Source: Phoronis australis
Taxonomy: Eukaryota; Animalia; Phoronida
Reading direction: 5' to 3'
NCBI GenBank assembly: GCA_002633005.1
Contig: NMRA01000124.1
Location: 324,724-388,723, forward strand
Length of the DNA stretch: 64,000 nucleotides
The position numbers and the translations under genes are program-made. Positions 49,502 to 63,337 of this stretch are shown piece after piece (position 1 is the first letter of the stretch; every line of letters begins with the position of its first letter). Under the pieces are notes generated by a model that was not told where the DNA came from, searched no databases, and saw only the letters and a program-made list of their open reading frames with translations.

Positions 49502-51040
49502 CTGTAATTGCTTATAAGGAAATCAAAAAATTAAAAGTGGTTTGAGATATTAGCGCAATAAAGTAACAATTAATATGACAATTGTCAAATGTAACACTGT
49601 CGCTCAGTGAAGCTAAACCATTTCTACGTTTCTATGTCAAAGTTCTCACCAGAATTTTTGAATTTCAGTTGAGTGCCCATGATCAATTTTTAATTGGCTG
49701 TTATGTCAGTTGAGACTACCATGCTTTAAGTGGTCTCGACCTGTGAACTAGGCAGTCACGTTTTTCAGACTACAACCCAGTGCAGTCTGAATTGTGCTAT
49801 TTTTATTGAAAATATTGAATAAGGCAACAACTGAATTCTTATATTTAGGGTTGCCCAACCCCAATAATTTTTTTCATCGAGTCGCTGATGGTTTCCATGA
49901 CCCATTCCATTAAAGAATATTACACGACCTAGGAGCTTAAAAGTGGCTTACGTACTCGTTTTTTCTTTCAAATAGCAGCTGAACACTCGTCTGATGAAAT
50001 GCTAGTGGCGGATTTAGAGGAAGGCCAAGGGGGCCATGGCCCCTCCTAAAATTCTCCCAGATTCCATTTGGCAGTTCAGGGGTGCAAATGTCTGATGGTC
50101 AAAATCCTGGCTAATACGCTGTCCTGGCACCCCTAACTCAAAATCCTGGATCCGCCCCTGAATGCAGATTGAACTATCATCTAAATTCACAAACTTTTTA
50201 TCAATAACATGGATCTCGTTGGTCTCCCCTTATGAAGCTTAGTTGAACATTGCAATAGACAGTCTTCCATCATTCCCACAACAATCAGCTTTTAAACCTG
50301 GTGACAACACAACCTCCTTTTGAATACCATTGGAAGTGTGTTTAGCACTGGGATACTAATGTATGTGTCATAGTAAACTTTAACAATGTTTCAAAAATGC
50401 AATAAACTACAACTTGACACCTTGGTTTCCACAAGTAGAATATGGTCCAGAGTATGAGGCATGGGCACTTCACGCAGGGCTTGGAATGACCAATGACAAA
50501 AAAAGAGGAAAATTCTCCATGTATCGTTCCACAAATAAAAAGGCTTGTGTGATAAAAATATTTGAATTCTAAAATTTAAGAGAAATAAACATCTTTGCAT
50601 GAATAAAGTACAATGATATAAATGAGACGAAAAAAGAGGAAATTGAAAATCAAATAAGAGGAAATCGAAATGCAAAAAGAGGTAATCCTCAAACAGGATA
50701 ATATCGAGCCCTGTGAATGGGCTTTACAGGACAAAAGACTAACGTTATAACACGCTGTTCTTTATTTGAATTAATCATTTTGAAGACTTGGCTTTCAATT
50801 TCCATCCTTACAAAGTAATATTAAAAAACACAAAACCCCCAAATGAATCTTTTGGAAACAAAAGTTCGGAAACCCCAAGGACTAATTGCCGGTGTACTGG
50901 TATAAACTTTGTGAATGGGTCATCTCTCATGATTGGCTGAACGGAAGAGAGGATAAATGGGAAGTAACAGGTTTCGTAACTAACACAACACTGAATGCAT
51001 AGTAATGATAAGTTGTTCTTTTGTAAGTAAGCAAGGATAC
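49502..51040 (-). other. U12-type GT-AG intron in CCDC28
   Basis: GTATCCTTG donor; branch-like TTTCCTTATA (49513-49522) shortly before the AG at 49502-49503. Confidence 0.82.
50003..50160. mobile_element. MITE
   Basis: tagtggcggattta / tggatccgcccctg inverted ends. Confidence 0.6.
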
Positions 51041-51063
51041 ACGGAGATGCTTAACTCGTGGAG
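51041..51063 (-). CDS. CCDC28: CCDC28 23-nt exon
   Basis: LHELSIS, similar to LEELNSS; tttcag acceptor; U12 donor GTATCCTTG. Confidence 0.88.
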
Positions 51064-51730
51064 CTGAAACAAAAGAACACTTTGTACAGGATAACAGTTT
51101 CACAGACTATAGGTTGTTTATTATTATACACAGCTTCATATCTCGCGTACTCACACCAGATGGTACAATGTGTTTATCCGGTTACTTTCTCCTCTACTTA
51201 ATGTGAATATGGTGATTGTAAAGGGATAATCGACAAACTGTACTTAAGTCAACAATTCACCCAACTGTGATATGGGGCCTATTTCTCAAAGAGTCTATAG
51301 CCAAAACTGACAATTTGTCTTTTGGCGTTTAGTCTGCTACCAAACAGGCTACGAATCAGTCTTTTGGCTTCAAGTTGTAGACAGATTTTCTGATTTATAG
51401 CCACGGCATCATTTCATAAGCCATCCACAGATTAATTTTTAGCCAAAAGACAATAGACATATTCGCCCATGCTCACTCAAGAGTCATCACTTGGATAAGT
51501 CATGGTCTCCATAACAATGACTTAAGTGTGGTAATGTACATAATAAGTCACCACTGCACCACTTCCATAGCTCCAGACAGTGCCAATGTGTTTAATAAGT
51601 TGAAAACTGGTACCACCATGATGCACATGTACACAGTGCAGTCACCGAGACAACAAAGTTGAAGGTCGAGAATCATAAGCATCGAGCCCATTCCAAAAAT
51701 CAAAAAAACTGCTTGTCGAAAATTACTTAC

Positions 51731-51791
51731 ATTGCCAACAAGCTTGGCTAGGTTTTCATTAGCAGCTTTTCTGGCCTCTTCTGACTCTAGA
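51731..51791 (-). CDS. CCDC28: CCDC28 exon
   Basis: LESEEARKAANENLAKLVGN; ttttag acceptor, gtaagt donor. Confidence 0.9.
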
Positions 51792-51985
51792 CTAAAACAG
51801 ATGGCATAGAGTAATCTTAATATTACGTTCTGTTAATCCAGGCTCATTGAGTCTAGTTGTTTAATACGTTTTTATACTTTACGAAAATCCATAATCAAAT
51901 AAATCAAGTTTTCTGGACTCATGACGCAGAAACCATTCCCTACTTGTGGGTACAAGGAATGCCAACGTATTGTGAGGCAGGATAG

Positions 51986-52063
51986 CTCAAGCAATACTAG
52001 TACAACACTTAAGGTTATGCACAACTCAAGCAACACTAGTACAACACTTAAGGTTATGCACAA
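51986..52063. repeat. 39-bp tandem duplication
   Basis: ctcaagcaatactagtacaacacttaaggttatgcacaa twice. Confidence 0.85.
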
Positions 52064-53057
52064 TCTTGTCTATACTGTTCTTAGCCTAATATCTACAACA
52101 CAATAGATTTTAACTCAGTCTCATACATTTTCTGAAAACATAAAACCTATTAAATTTGATTTTTTGACTTTTTACCAATCTGCCATCGGCTGGGCTATGG
52201 GGAAATGTCTTTTTATTAAAACGTAACAAAAAAGAAATTAAGGCACATTCATAGTGAAACATTAGCACTATAATATGACCGCATTTTAATAAACATTAAC
52301 GTTCAAGATGAAATCTCAAAAACGCTGTTATGCATTTCTATCAGAACATCTTGTTTTTTCTTTTATACAACATCAGACTGAAATCTTTTTCGTAAAAATC
52401 ATAAACTTCTTATTTTGCGACTGTCCCTCATGCAAAAACGGAACATTTTAAAAACGATAATTATTTGTTAATAGCGTTTTAGAAAACAGTGCATAAAGCA
52501 AGGAATCTTGAAAGTTGAGATGAATTCAAACAGGCATTTCTGAGATATTCAACATTACGAAGTCAGACAAATTTGGAAATTCTTCTATGATCCTACATAA
52601 CCTTACAAACCTTTCTCGAGGGTCGGAAGCTGGGTGAGACAAGTTCCAGGAACAAGATAAACAAATGAATTTGGAGCAGCAGACAAAGCTCGGAATGCTA
52701 TAAACAGCAGACAAAGCTTAGAATGCTACATACAGTAGGTTGATTGCTACCTGAACAATGGAAAAACTACAGTTACAAGTCAAAAGTATTCAGACAAAAT
52801 GGACCGCAATCCCCCGTCATGACAGGGCAAAAGCCAAATTCATGGTCTGTCAGAGTTGTCTACCCTTGCAACCAAACAATGAAGGTGAATTAACAGGGAG
52901 TTATTTTCTAAGTAACCGTGGCTAAGCCACGCTGTGATTAAAATTCTGCCACCCTAACAGTCATTACCAGCATTTTTACTGTCAACAGAGTTTGTTGTCA
53001 TGAAGGAATACCCGTAGTTTGTCTGATTACTTTTTTCCTTGTAACATAGTAACTCAC

Positions 53058-53157
53058 CCATGCAATTCTTGCTGGCTGTCCAACTCAAAGTGAAGACGCG
53101 CTAGTCGCTCCTGTTGCTCTCGTACCTGATCCATGCGCTCGTAAGAACACTCTTCAC
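53058..53157 (-). CDS. CCDC28: CCDC28 exon
   Basis: GEECSYERMDQVREQQERLARLHFELDSQQELH; gtgagt donor. Confidence 0.93.
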
Positions 53158-53302
53158 CTACGCAACCAATAAGAATACTCTTCCTCTAGTACGCAACCAA
53201 TAAGAATACTCTTCCTCTAGTACGCAACTAATAAGAATACTCTTCACCTAGTACGCAACCAATAAGAATACTCTTCACCTAGTGTGCAACCAATAAGAAT
53301 AC
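53142..53302. repeat. Minisatellite, 31-bp unit, about 5 copies, overlapping a CCDC28 acceptor
   Basis: taagaatactcttcacctagtacgcaaccaa repeated. Confidence 0.9.
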
Positions 53303-53620
53303 GAGTAAAATAACCAACAATAACAAACTATTTCAGTTGTGCAATGTCTTGCTTGTTACAAGAAATCAACTGCACTTCTAGTTCAACTTATCGACCAATG
53401 CGCTCACGTTGGGCAACTCTGACTTTGACACACTTCTAACCAGAATAATTTGGGAGTTTAGTTGAACTTTTGTCACAATGAAATAACAATGTAATAATTT
53501 AGTTTAATGTGACATTAATGCATCTAGCCGTATATTGCTAGTTTGTGAATGACCTTAGTATACACAATAAATTGTCACGATTTCGACTAAGAGAGTGGAA
53601 CAACACTATATTATAATTAT

Positions 53621-55200
53621 ACAAGAGCAACGCAGAGCATTGAAATGCGCCCACAATTGCACCGCATACGGTATCCTTCTAGGGTTGTTTATTGGTACCA
53701 TAAAGTGGCCAGTAGAGGGCATATATGTAGTATGTTGTACTTAGCAAAATGGAAAGGCATGGTCATTGTCTCCTCAATAGGCTAGGGGCAAAATGTGAGT
53801 AATCTTCATAATACAAGCACATCCTATACACCAGTTGCTTAAAACACCACAGAAACATAGAATTAAAAACAAATTTACCAACATACGAGATTAGCACAGC
53901 ATTAGAATGCCAGAAACAAATTTCTACTTGGAACTTTTCCTTCACAGTCACGAAGTAACACAAAGTATACACCTGAAGACCTATGAAAATACAGAGGTCN
54001 NNNNNNNNNNNNNNNNNNNNNNNNNNNNNNNNNNNNNNNNNNNNNNNNNNNNNNNNNNNNNNNNNNNNNNNNNNNNNNNNNNNNNNNNNNNNNNNNNNNN
54101 NNNNNNNNNNNNNNNNNNNNNNNNNNNNNNNNNNNNNNNNNNNNNNNNNNNNNNNNNNNNNNNNNNNNNNNNNNNNNNNNNNNNNNNNNNNNNNNNNNNN
54201 NNNNNNNNNNNNNNNNNNNNNNNNNNNNNNNNNNNNNNNNNNNNNNNNNNNNNNNNNNNNNNNNNNNNNNNNNNNNNNNNNNNNNNNNNNNNNNNNNNNN
54301 NNNNNNNNNNNNNNNNNNNNNNNNNNNNNNNNNNNNNNNNNNNNNNNNNNNNNNNNNNNNNNNNNNNNNNNNNNNNNNNNNNNNNNNNNNNNNNNNNNNN
54401 NNNNNNNNNNNNNNNNNNNNNNNNNNNNNNNNNNNNNNNNNNNNNNNNNNNNNNNNNNNNNNNNNNNNNNNNNNNNNNNNNNNNNNNNNNNNNNNNNNNN
54501 NNNNNNNNNNNNNNNNNNNNNNNNNNNNNNNNNNNNNNNNNNNNNNNNNNNNNNNNNNNNNNNNNNNNNNNNNNNNNNNNNNNNNNNNNNNNNNNNNNNN
54601 NNNNNNNNNNNNNNNNNNNNNNNNNNNNNNNNNNNNNNNNNNNNNNNNNNNNNNNNNNNNNNNNNNNNNNNNNNNNNNNNNNNNNNNNNNNNNNNNNNNN
54701 NNNNNNNNNNNNNNNNNNNNNNNNNNNNNNNNNNNNNNNNNNNNNNNNNNNNNNNNNNNNNNNNNNNNNNNNNNNNNNNNNNNNNNNNNNNNNNNNNGAG
54801 CGGTTTGGTTGATAGAGGGGTGGACGCACAAAAACAGACTCGAAAACACTAAAAATGGCCACTAGGTGGCGCAAACTATGTTGAATCCATCTGAAAACGG
54901 CAGGATAGCATCATCTCACTAATAGGTGCCTACATACCAAATTTTATGAAAATCCGTTCAGGACTTTTGAAGATACAAAGGTAAGCGTAAAAAACTAAAA
55001 TTGCCACTAGGGAGCACACCGGTAGGCGGATCCGTCCGAAAGTTCGCACATGCCGTCCCATTCATGAATGGAACATATGTGCCAAATTTCATGAACGTAT
55101 GTCAAAGGGTTTTGGAGATAGAGCAGCGGACGCTGGACGCCGCCCGGACGGACAGAGATGACGGCATAATGCGTCCACATATAAATATGTGGGCGCATAA
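53621..55200 (-). mobile_element. Helentron-like non-autonomous element spanning an N gap
   Basis: Terminal hairpin atgcgtccacatataaatatgtgggcgcat, GTCC repeats, matching subTIR atgcgcccac at 53645; absent from the duplicate copy near 57400. Confidence 0.8.
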
Positions 55201-55533
55201 AAACCAGGTCCCTATGGTACTTTTATTTTGAGGCAGTTTATTTCTGAGTTGTAAATGACCCCCACCACACGCGTGCATGTGCGTATGTATGCGGGTATGA
55301 ATGTTTTCTCTTCATTTTCACATGTCTGTAAAAAGTATTTTATGTTTAATAATCCAAAAAATATTAAGCCAGCATCTAAACATATTCTAGACAAACAAAA
55401 TCTTTAGTGGGACTGTGCATCAAAAATTTGTTAACACAGGCATACACATTTGCAAGGTAATTTAAAATAAACAGAATGAGATTCAACATCACTGCTGTAA
55501 TATAATGAGTTGAGTGAGCTAACAACATAGTCA

Positions 55534-55770
<237 letters not shown>

Positions 55771-56928
55771 TCACCACATTTTATTCATCCATAAAGCACC
55801 TATTGGATATCAGCGGCTGCAGTAGTCAGGTTAGTAGCAAAATCAAGAGCGAAATGCAAAACACGACTTTCTTTTGCATCATCTACAACCGAACTGAAGT
55901 CAATACACATATGGCTACAAGGGCGTGCTAACAAAATACAACAGGTGACATCTAATGACCGCAATCTACAACAGCACCTACAAAGTATATTAATCCTCTT
56001 CCATGACAAAAATAACTTTTGGCTAAGACCACTTACCATGATTATGAAACTGGTCTCGATTGGTCCTTAATCAAAATGGGTGTGACTTCAGGGCAGGGAA
56101 AGACCTGAAAGTTATTGCTTGAGACCAGGATGTACCGGTTGACTTGTCACAACACCCTATTTCATTCATCAACCATGGTCCCGAGCAATAACTAAATGCC
56201 AGTTCTTTGGAAGGCCAAAAAATCTCATGTCATCTGCGTAAGGAACAATTAGTCAAGACAAATATAGCAATAAGTGGTCAAAGTAAAAAATTAATGTCTT
56301 TAACGAAAGGTCCTTTAATTTTCGCTTTAAATGAAAAACTTCTTGCACCAATAGAAGACTCATTAGGTGGAATCCAAAAATACAAATAAGTCATACTTTT
56401 GTAAGACATCAAATGGCGAAAATTAGAAATAAGAATTGAATCAAAATGGGCCTTGGCATAGTCGATATCGAAATCTGTTGGTCCCACACTGCGATTTGAT
56501 TTCAATTCGATTAAACATAGCACCCTTTCTTTGAACCCCACAACCAAAATAAAAATTTGCTTCACTTATGTGAAAAAGATGCCTAATTTGAGATTTTTAA
56601 AGATATTGTTTTGTCATAACCTGTTAAATGAATTTGTAATAACAATAAAAACAAATCATTATCCAAGCGGGTCAGGAAGTGAATTTAGCACAAGCACAAG
56701 GGGAAATGTTGCAGATTTTACCAAAGTGTTTCTTGGCTTTGAAATAAGAAGCACAAAAACTTGCAACCAATCATTTAAGTACATTTGAAACCAGGCCTAT
56801 GAAAACCTTAAGTTCTTGGTTTTGTTTCAGAGCAAAATAGGCTTGTGAGACTAAAATTTAATTTCTAACCCAGCATGATACACTTAACAGTTTCTTAGAC
56901 TTATAAAAACCCCACCTGGTGCTTGTTA

Positions 56929-57108
56929 CGCACAGATGCAGTACACCCCTGAGAACACAAGATCACACACTCACGCACAGATGCAGTACACCCCTGAGAA
57001 CACAAGATCACACACTCACACACAGATGCAGTACACCCCTGAGAACACAAGATCACACACTCACGCACAGATGCAGTACACCCCTGAGAACACAAGATCA
57101 CACACTCA
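56929..57108. repeat. Minisatellite, 45-bp unit, at least 4 copies, ending at the N join
   Basis: cgcacagatgcagtacacccctgagaacacaagatcacacactca; a single unit at 59170-59214. Confidence 0.92.
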
Positions 57109-57744
57109 NAACCAACAATAACAAACTATTTCAGTTACGCAATGTCTTGCTTGTTACAAGAAATCAACTGCACTTCTAGTCCAACTTATCGACCAATGCG
57201 CTCACATTGGGCAACTCAAACTTTGACACACTTCTGACCAGAATAATTTGGGAGTTTAGTTGAACTTTTGTCACAATGAAGTAACAATGCAATAATGTGA
57301 CATTAATGCATATAGCTGTATATTGCTAGTTTGTGAATGACCTTAGTATACACAGTAAATTGTCACGATTTCGACTAAGAGAGTGGAACAACACTATTAT
57401 TATAAAACCAGATGGGCCCCTATGGTACTTTTATTTTGAGGCAGTTTATTTCTGAGTTGTAAATGACCCCCACCACACGCGTGCATGTGCGTATGTATGC
57501 GGGTATGAATGTTTTCTGTTCATTTTCACATGTCTGTAAAAAGTATTTGATGTTTAATAATCAAAAAAATATTAAGCCAGCATCTAAACATATTCTAAAC
57601 AAACAAAATCTTTAGTGGGACAGTGCATCAAAAATTTGTTGACACAGGCATACACATTTGCAAGGTAATTTAAAATAGACAGAATGAGATTCAACATCGC
57701 TGCTGTAATATAATGAGTTGAAAGAGCTAACAACATACTAGTCA

Positions 57745-57999
<255 letters not shown>

Positions 58000-59358
58000 T
58001 CACCACTGAGTAAGCAGAAAATATAACATTTTATTCATCCATAAAGTGCCTATTGGATATCAGTGGCGGCAGTAGCGAAATGCAAAACACGACTTTCTTT
58101 TGCATCATCTACAACCGAACTGAAGTCAATACACATATGGCTACAAGGGCGTGCTAACAAAATACAACAGGTGACATCTAATGACCGCAATCTACAACAG
58201 CACCTACAAAGTATACTAATCCTCTTCCATGACAAAAATAACTTTTAGCTAAGGCCACTTACCAGAATGAAATTAGTCTCAATTGGTCTTTGATAAAAAG
58301 GGTGTGATTTCTGGGCAGGAAATGAACTTAAAGTTCATTTGTCGCTGGAGACCAGGCTGTACAAGTTGACTTGTCACACCCAATTCATTCACTAAGCATT
58401 GTCCTGAGCAATAACGAACTGCCAGTTCTTTGGAAGGCCGAAAAATCTCATGTCATCTACATAAGGAACAACTAATCGAGACAAATTTCATAGCAATAAG
58501 TGGTCCAAGTAAAAAGTTAACTTGTCTTTAACTAAAGGTGGTTTTATTGTCGCTATAAACGAAAAACTTCTTGCATCAATATAATACTCATTAGGTGGCA
58601 TACAAAAATACAAATAAGTCATATTTTTGTTGTAAGATATCAAATGGCGAAAATTAGAAATAAGAATTGAATCAAAATGGGCCTTGGCATAGTTGATATC
58701 GAAATCTGTTGGTCCCACATTGGGATTTGGTTTCAATTCGATTAAACATCGCACCCTTTCTTTGAACCCCACAACCAAAATAAAAATTTGCTTCACTTAT
58801 GTGAAAAAGATGCCTAATTTGAGATTTTTAAAGAAAATATTTTTGTCATAAGCTGTTAAATGGATTTGTAATAACAATAAAAACAAATCATTATCCAAGA
58901 GGGTTGGAAGTCAGGGAGTGAATTTAGCACAAGCACAAGGGGAAATGTTGCAGATTTTACCAAAGTGTTTCTTGGCTTTGAAATAAGAAGCACAAAAAGC
59001 TTGCAACCATTTATTTAAGTACATTTGAAACCAGGCCTGTGAAAACCTTAAGTTCTTGGTTTTGTTTCAGAGCAAAAAAGGCTTGTGAGACTAAAATTTA
59101 ATTTCTAAACCAGCATGATACAATTAACAGTTTCTTAGGCTTATGAAAAACCACACCTGGTGCTTGTTACGCACAGATGCAGTACACCCCTGAGAACACA
59201 AGATCACACACTCATGCAAGATTATCACCAAACAATACAAGGAAAGCACATGATCACACTAGTTTTACTCGCAATATTATTGTGTCCACAACTTTAAAAG
59301 CAGGTCTTTTGTTACTGAACACCATTGCTTCACTTTGAATACTACACCATACGTGTAC

Positions 59359-59515
59359 CTGTGCTGAACCCTGGTGTTGGCTTCAAGACACTCAGTGGGA
59401 CTGGTCTCAAAGGAGTTTTCTGCCCCGCATGTTTTCTGAGGACCACTGGTTCATGCGCACCCTTCTGAGGTATGCCCCTTTTAGACTCTTCATCCTTCAG
59501 TTTACTGTATTCCAT
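59359..59515 (-). CDS. CCDC28: CCDC28 first coding exon
   Basis: MEYSKLKDEESKRGIPQKG...PTPGFST; in-frame TGA upstream; acceptor at 59595-59596 implies a further 5' UTR exon; phase 1 donor gtacac. Confidence 0.7.
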
Positions 59516-60949
59516 TGCCAAGGAGAGTTTGATGACAAACAGCGATGCTCGGTTTATGGCTGCTCACAAAGGAATGTAGCAGTAACAATCGAAACTGAAA
59601 ATTCACAAAAAAATACATTGAGGTTATATACAATGTCAGTCTCAAGACCACGCATATTTGCTTGGCTAAGTTTGCTGTTAATGTAGAAAAATTTGAAGCC
59701 ACAGGAATATTCCTGGACTGCGCCTTTGCACCATTAGTGCATAATGAAATAAAAAAGCACAAGTACATTGCAGCAGTGTGCACCCCCGGGCGCATCTTTT
59801 AAAATGCAACACTCTTCCAAAAATGCAAGATTCTAGTCAACTTACAGCCAGACGGGTAAAACAGGACTTTGTTCTTATTTTGACTGCCCTTGGGGTTTCT
59901 GTTTCATAAGTTACCACTTTAATTACGCTAAGTCTGCTGAGCACAACTTTTTAAAAAAGGCACACTTTTTATTCTCAGGTGCGCCCAAAGGGCACAGGTT
60001 CAAACCTGGTCAGGAATATCCCTGTGAAGGCATTTGTTTGAACAAATTGGACACTCGGGTATATAATGATTGCAAACTTCTCAAAAAAAATTTTTGAAAT
60101 ACCCCGGTTGGCTAAACACCGGCCATGCTTAGTGGATTTCCCAATTAAGTGCCATGAGTATAATCTCGGAAATGCACGGTAAGCAAAACGATAAAACTTC
60201 AACCACCAAACATCTTTGCACTGGAGGAAGCTGGAAGGGATTATTTCTACTTTCATTGATACATTGCTTTAGGAATAATATTATCCAAATCATGAATGCA
60301 GGTGTAAAAATACCGAAGTTATGATAATAAACAGGGACCTCTACGTTTTACAGGGTAACAAATTTACTCTAGCCTTGTTGCAAAGCTAAAGGTCATAAAA
60401 CATCTTCCTTGAGAAGACGAACATGGTTACTGGGGCAAAGACTATGCCATTTGTCTGTTACTTTGCACAAGTTCAAATTTGTTGAGTGATGATATGTGTC
60501 AACTTGGAGCACTATGACATGACAAAGGCCGCCATCAGTTGGCCAACTTCTGTTTTCGATGATTCACTGTTCTTTTTCCACACGTTTGAGCACTGTTCAC
60601 AACAAATTACCAGAACGGGTTGCACTGCGCAAGTTGTTTTGAGTACGTTATTACCAGCAGACCATATTTCTGAGGAAATTTCACAGCTAAAATTAATAAA
60701 TGTCGTGTGACCACATAGGTTAACACAAAAAATCTTGTTGTTGGCGGAAAGCACTGGAAGCCCCCTATTATAGTTAACAAAAACTCTTCACATAACTCCA
60801 AAATTCCTCAAGCAGGGAGGGTTAAAACAAAACATCCTTCCTTGGCTTCTGACAGTGGACCTTGTATTACAGTAGTAGTAGACGTAATACCGAAATCCGA
60901 ACTTGCATCATTCATTCATCATTGATTCATTCTCCGTTACGGGCAAAGC

Positions 60950-62104
60950 GGTACTGGTGACAAATACGCCTCCCAATTCTACTTCTTTTTTTCCCCGACG
61001 GATATTTTTTTACCATACAACCACGTACTTTAATTGACACAGAGAGAGTAGTCGGGGCTTTGAATTTTCGTCCGTACGAACCCGACTTGATTTTGCTCAA
61101 GTCTCACAACGCTTGTGGTCGGGCGGACATTTTTCCTCCAAATGACCACGCGCTTTTAGGGCCTTGGGGAAGGCGTGGTCCCGATGGATATTTTTTTACC
61201 ATACGACCACGTACTTTAATTGACTCAGAGAGTGTAGCTGGGGCTTTGAATTTTTGTCCGTACGCCGACCTGACGCGATTTTGCTCGAATCTCAGATTGC
61301 TTGTGGTCGGGCGGCCATTTTTCATCCAAACAACCACGCGCTATAAGTAGGCCTATCTTAAAGAAGGCATGGTCCAGGCCATACGACCACATGCTTTAAA
61401 TGATTGAGAGAGGGTGGTCAGGGCTATTAATTCTTGTCTGTAGCGACCAGACACGATTTTAAGTGTATTAGAGAAGGCGCATGGATTATTTTTTTACCAT
61501 ACGACCAAATGACTTCGACAGTGCTTGCCTTGTGGTTGAGAGACAATTTTTGTTCGCACGACCACCCCTTACGTCAGCAGCGTGGTCCGCGGACACATTT
61601 AATACACGACGACCACGTTCAACTTCGTGGTCCATGCGGATAAAATTTATCCATACGACTATATGTTTTAAATTGAGTTAAATTAAGTTTTTATAGCATG
61701 TGGTTGGTGGGTACCACTAAATCATTTTATTCAGCAAATATTGGGTAATACTGCAGCCTACACGGTGGGTTTAGTAGTTAGTATAAGTCTGAGTACACAA
61801 TCTCGTAGTCATTTGCTGGTTATTTACACGACGTGCGTTCTCTTACTTTCAAAAAATGACGTCAGTGCGGGAGAGAATTGAGTACGGGAAATTCGTTCAT
61901 ATTTGTGCAACACTGGCTGTTTTAAAGCAAAAATAACATCGCAAGGCCCGCAAGGGAAGTATACTATACTTCCCTTGCGGGCCTTGTGATGTATAGGCTT
62001 TGCCTAGAATTTGGTACCCAAGATATTAACTATATTTACCGAAAAAGGTGTTAATTGGTGGGAAAAAGGGAAGTACCTTGGGAGGCGCATTTGTCACCAG
62101 TACC
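60950..62104. mobile_element. Non-autonomous DNA transposon, Merlin-like, with internal tandem repeats
   Basis: 27-bp TIR ggtactggtgacaaatacgcctcccaa (1 mismatch); flanks ggcaaagc / ggcaaagg; internal repeats of about 190 bp. Confidence 0.8.
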
Positions 62105-63337
62105 GGCAAAGGTTTTAACATTAATTATTAATTGATTTCAAAAGTCATTAAAACTTGTACACCTCCCTCACCTAGCCAAGACATCGTCTCTGAATAAACT
62201 GCTGTCAACCAAAGGTAAGTAACAACATTTCGCGTCTCCTTTCAAGAAGAACTTCATTGTGACAACGCCTCCAATTGTCAACTTATGGTACTCTCATCCA
62301 TGACGCTAGCGTCAGTATGAGGGCCCGGGCACACTCAATACAGTTATTACAGGCTTTTGGCTGCCGACACACACCGAGGTAGAGATGGGCCCTTTCCTCA
62401 CTGGCTAATCGAGGGCCTTCAAAAAACAAAGGGTTTTGTAGCATTCCCAATTCACAAGCACTACTCATGATAAGTGAAACTTAAGTTAGGCGTGGCTGCG
62501 CTACGTCGCGTCGCCGGAAAAAAATCCCGGCACACAAAAATAGTACCAAAAAAACACCAAATCTGACAGTTTTCGCCCCAAAATTGCCACTTCCCCGCAA
62601 GTGATAGGAACAATTGGACAAGAGCTTCAGAATGTTCGTACTCACTAAATTCTAAAATGGTGGTCATAGTATGCGTCTTACCCGACTTTGGCAATTTTGA
62701 TCACGCACCCGGTTTCTCGGACACCAAGCCATAGGGATGCAAACCAAATTACAGCCACCATTTTGCATCAAAAGTATAGGTCACGGCTAAATTAAACTTG
62801 GCTTTTCTCATTCAAAAACACAAGTAAATCAGTTTCCTGGCATTTGTTTTCAATTCCTCCGACCAAACAGCCAAATCTGACATACGCCCTGTACTGACAT
62901 AAATTCTGCAGCCTAACTGTTCAGTGCTAGGCCTAACTGACTCACATGTAAATTATATGTATCTCATTGAGGACTGTCCGCAAATTTCAACAAAATACAA
63001 CAACATATTTTCTGTAGTTCTTCTACATGAGAAAGTATATACTTTATTAGCCAACATCAATGATAGTTTTCACAGTGATACAGATCGCGGGAAGTGTATG
63101 TAAAAGCCAAAAGAAATGCTAGAGTCAGCGGCGTGACATTAGAAAAGAGCCTTGCCTGTACAAACAAGTAAAAATCAGACAGGTCTACTGGAAACCTAAA
63201 ACTTCTACATCCATAGTTTGTCATAGTACTTGAACACAAAAGGTAAAAAACCCAGAAGCTTAAACTTAAAAAAATGTTTGAAGCTGCCGTGGGAAAAATC
63301 ACCATGCAGGATGTGTCGTAAAGCGCTCGAATTTAAA

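Noticed and set aside
53902-54874. ORFs of about 300 aa spanning the second N gap
   Set aside because: Artefacts of translating N; the flanks are repeat sequence
56901-57179. ORFs with 15-aa repeats; CRISPR-like appearance
   Set aside because: Translation of a 45-bp minisatellite with no unique spacers; eukaryotic context and no cas genes
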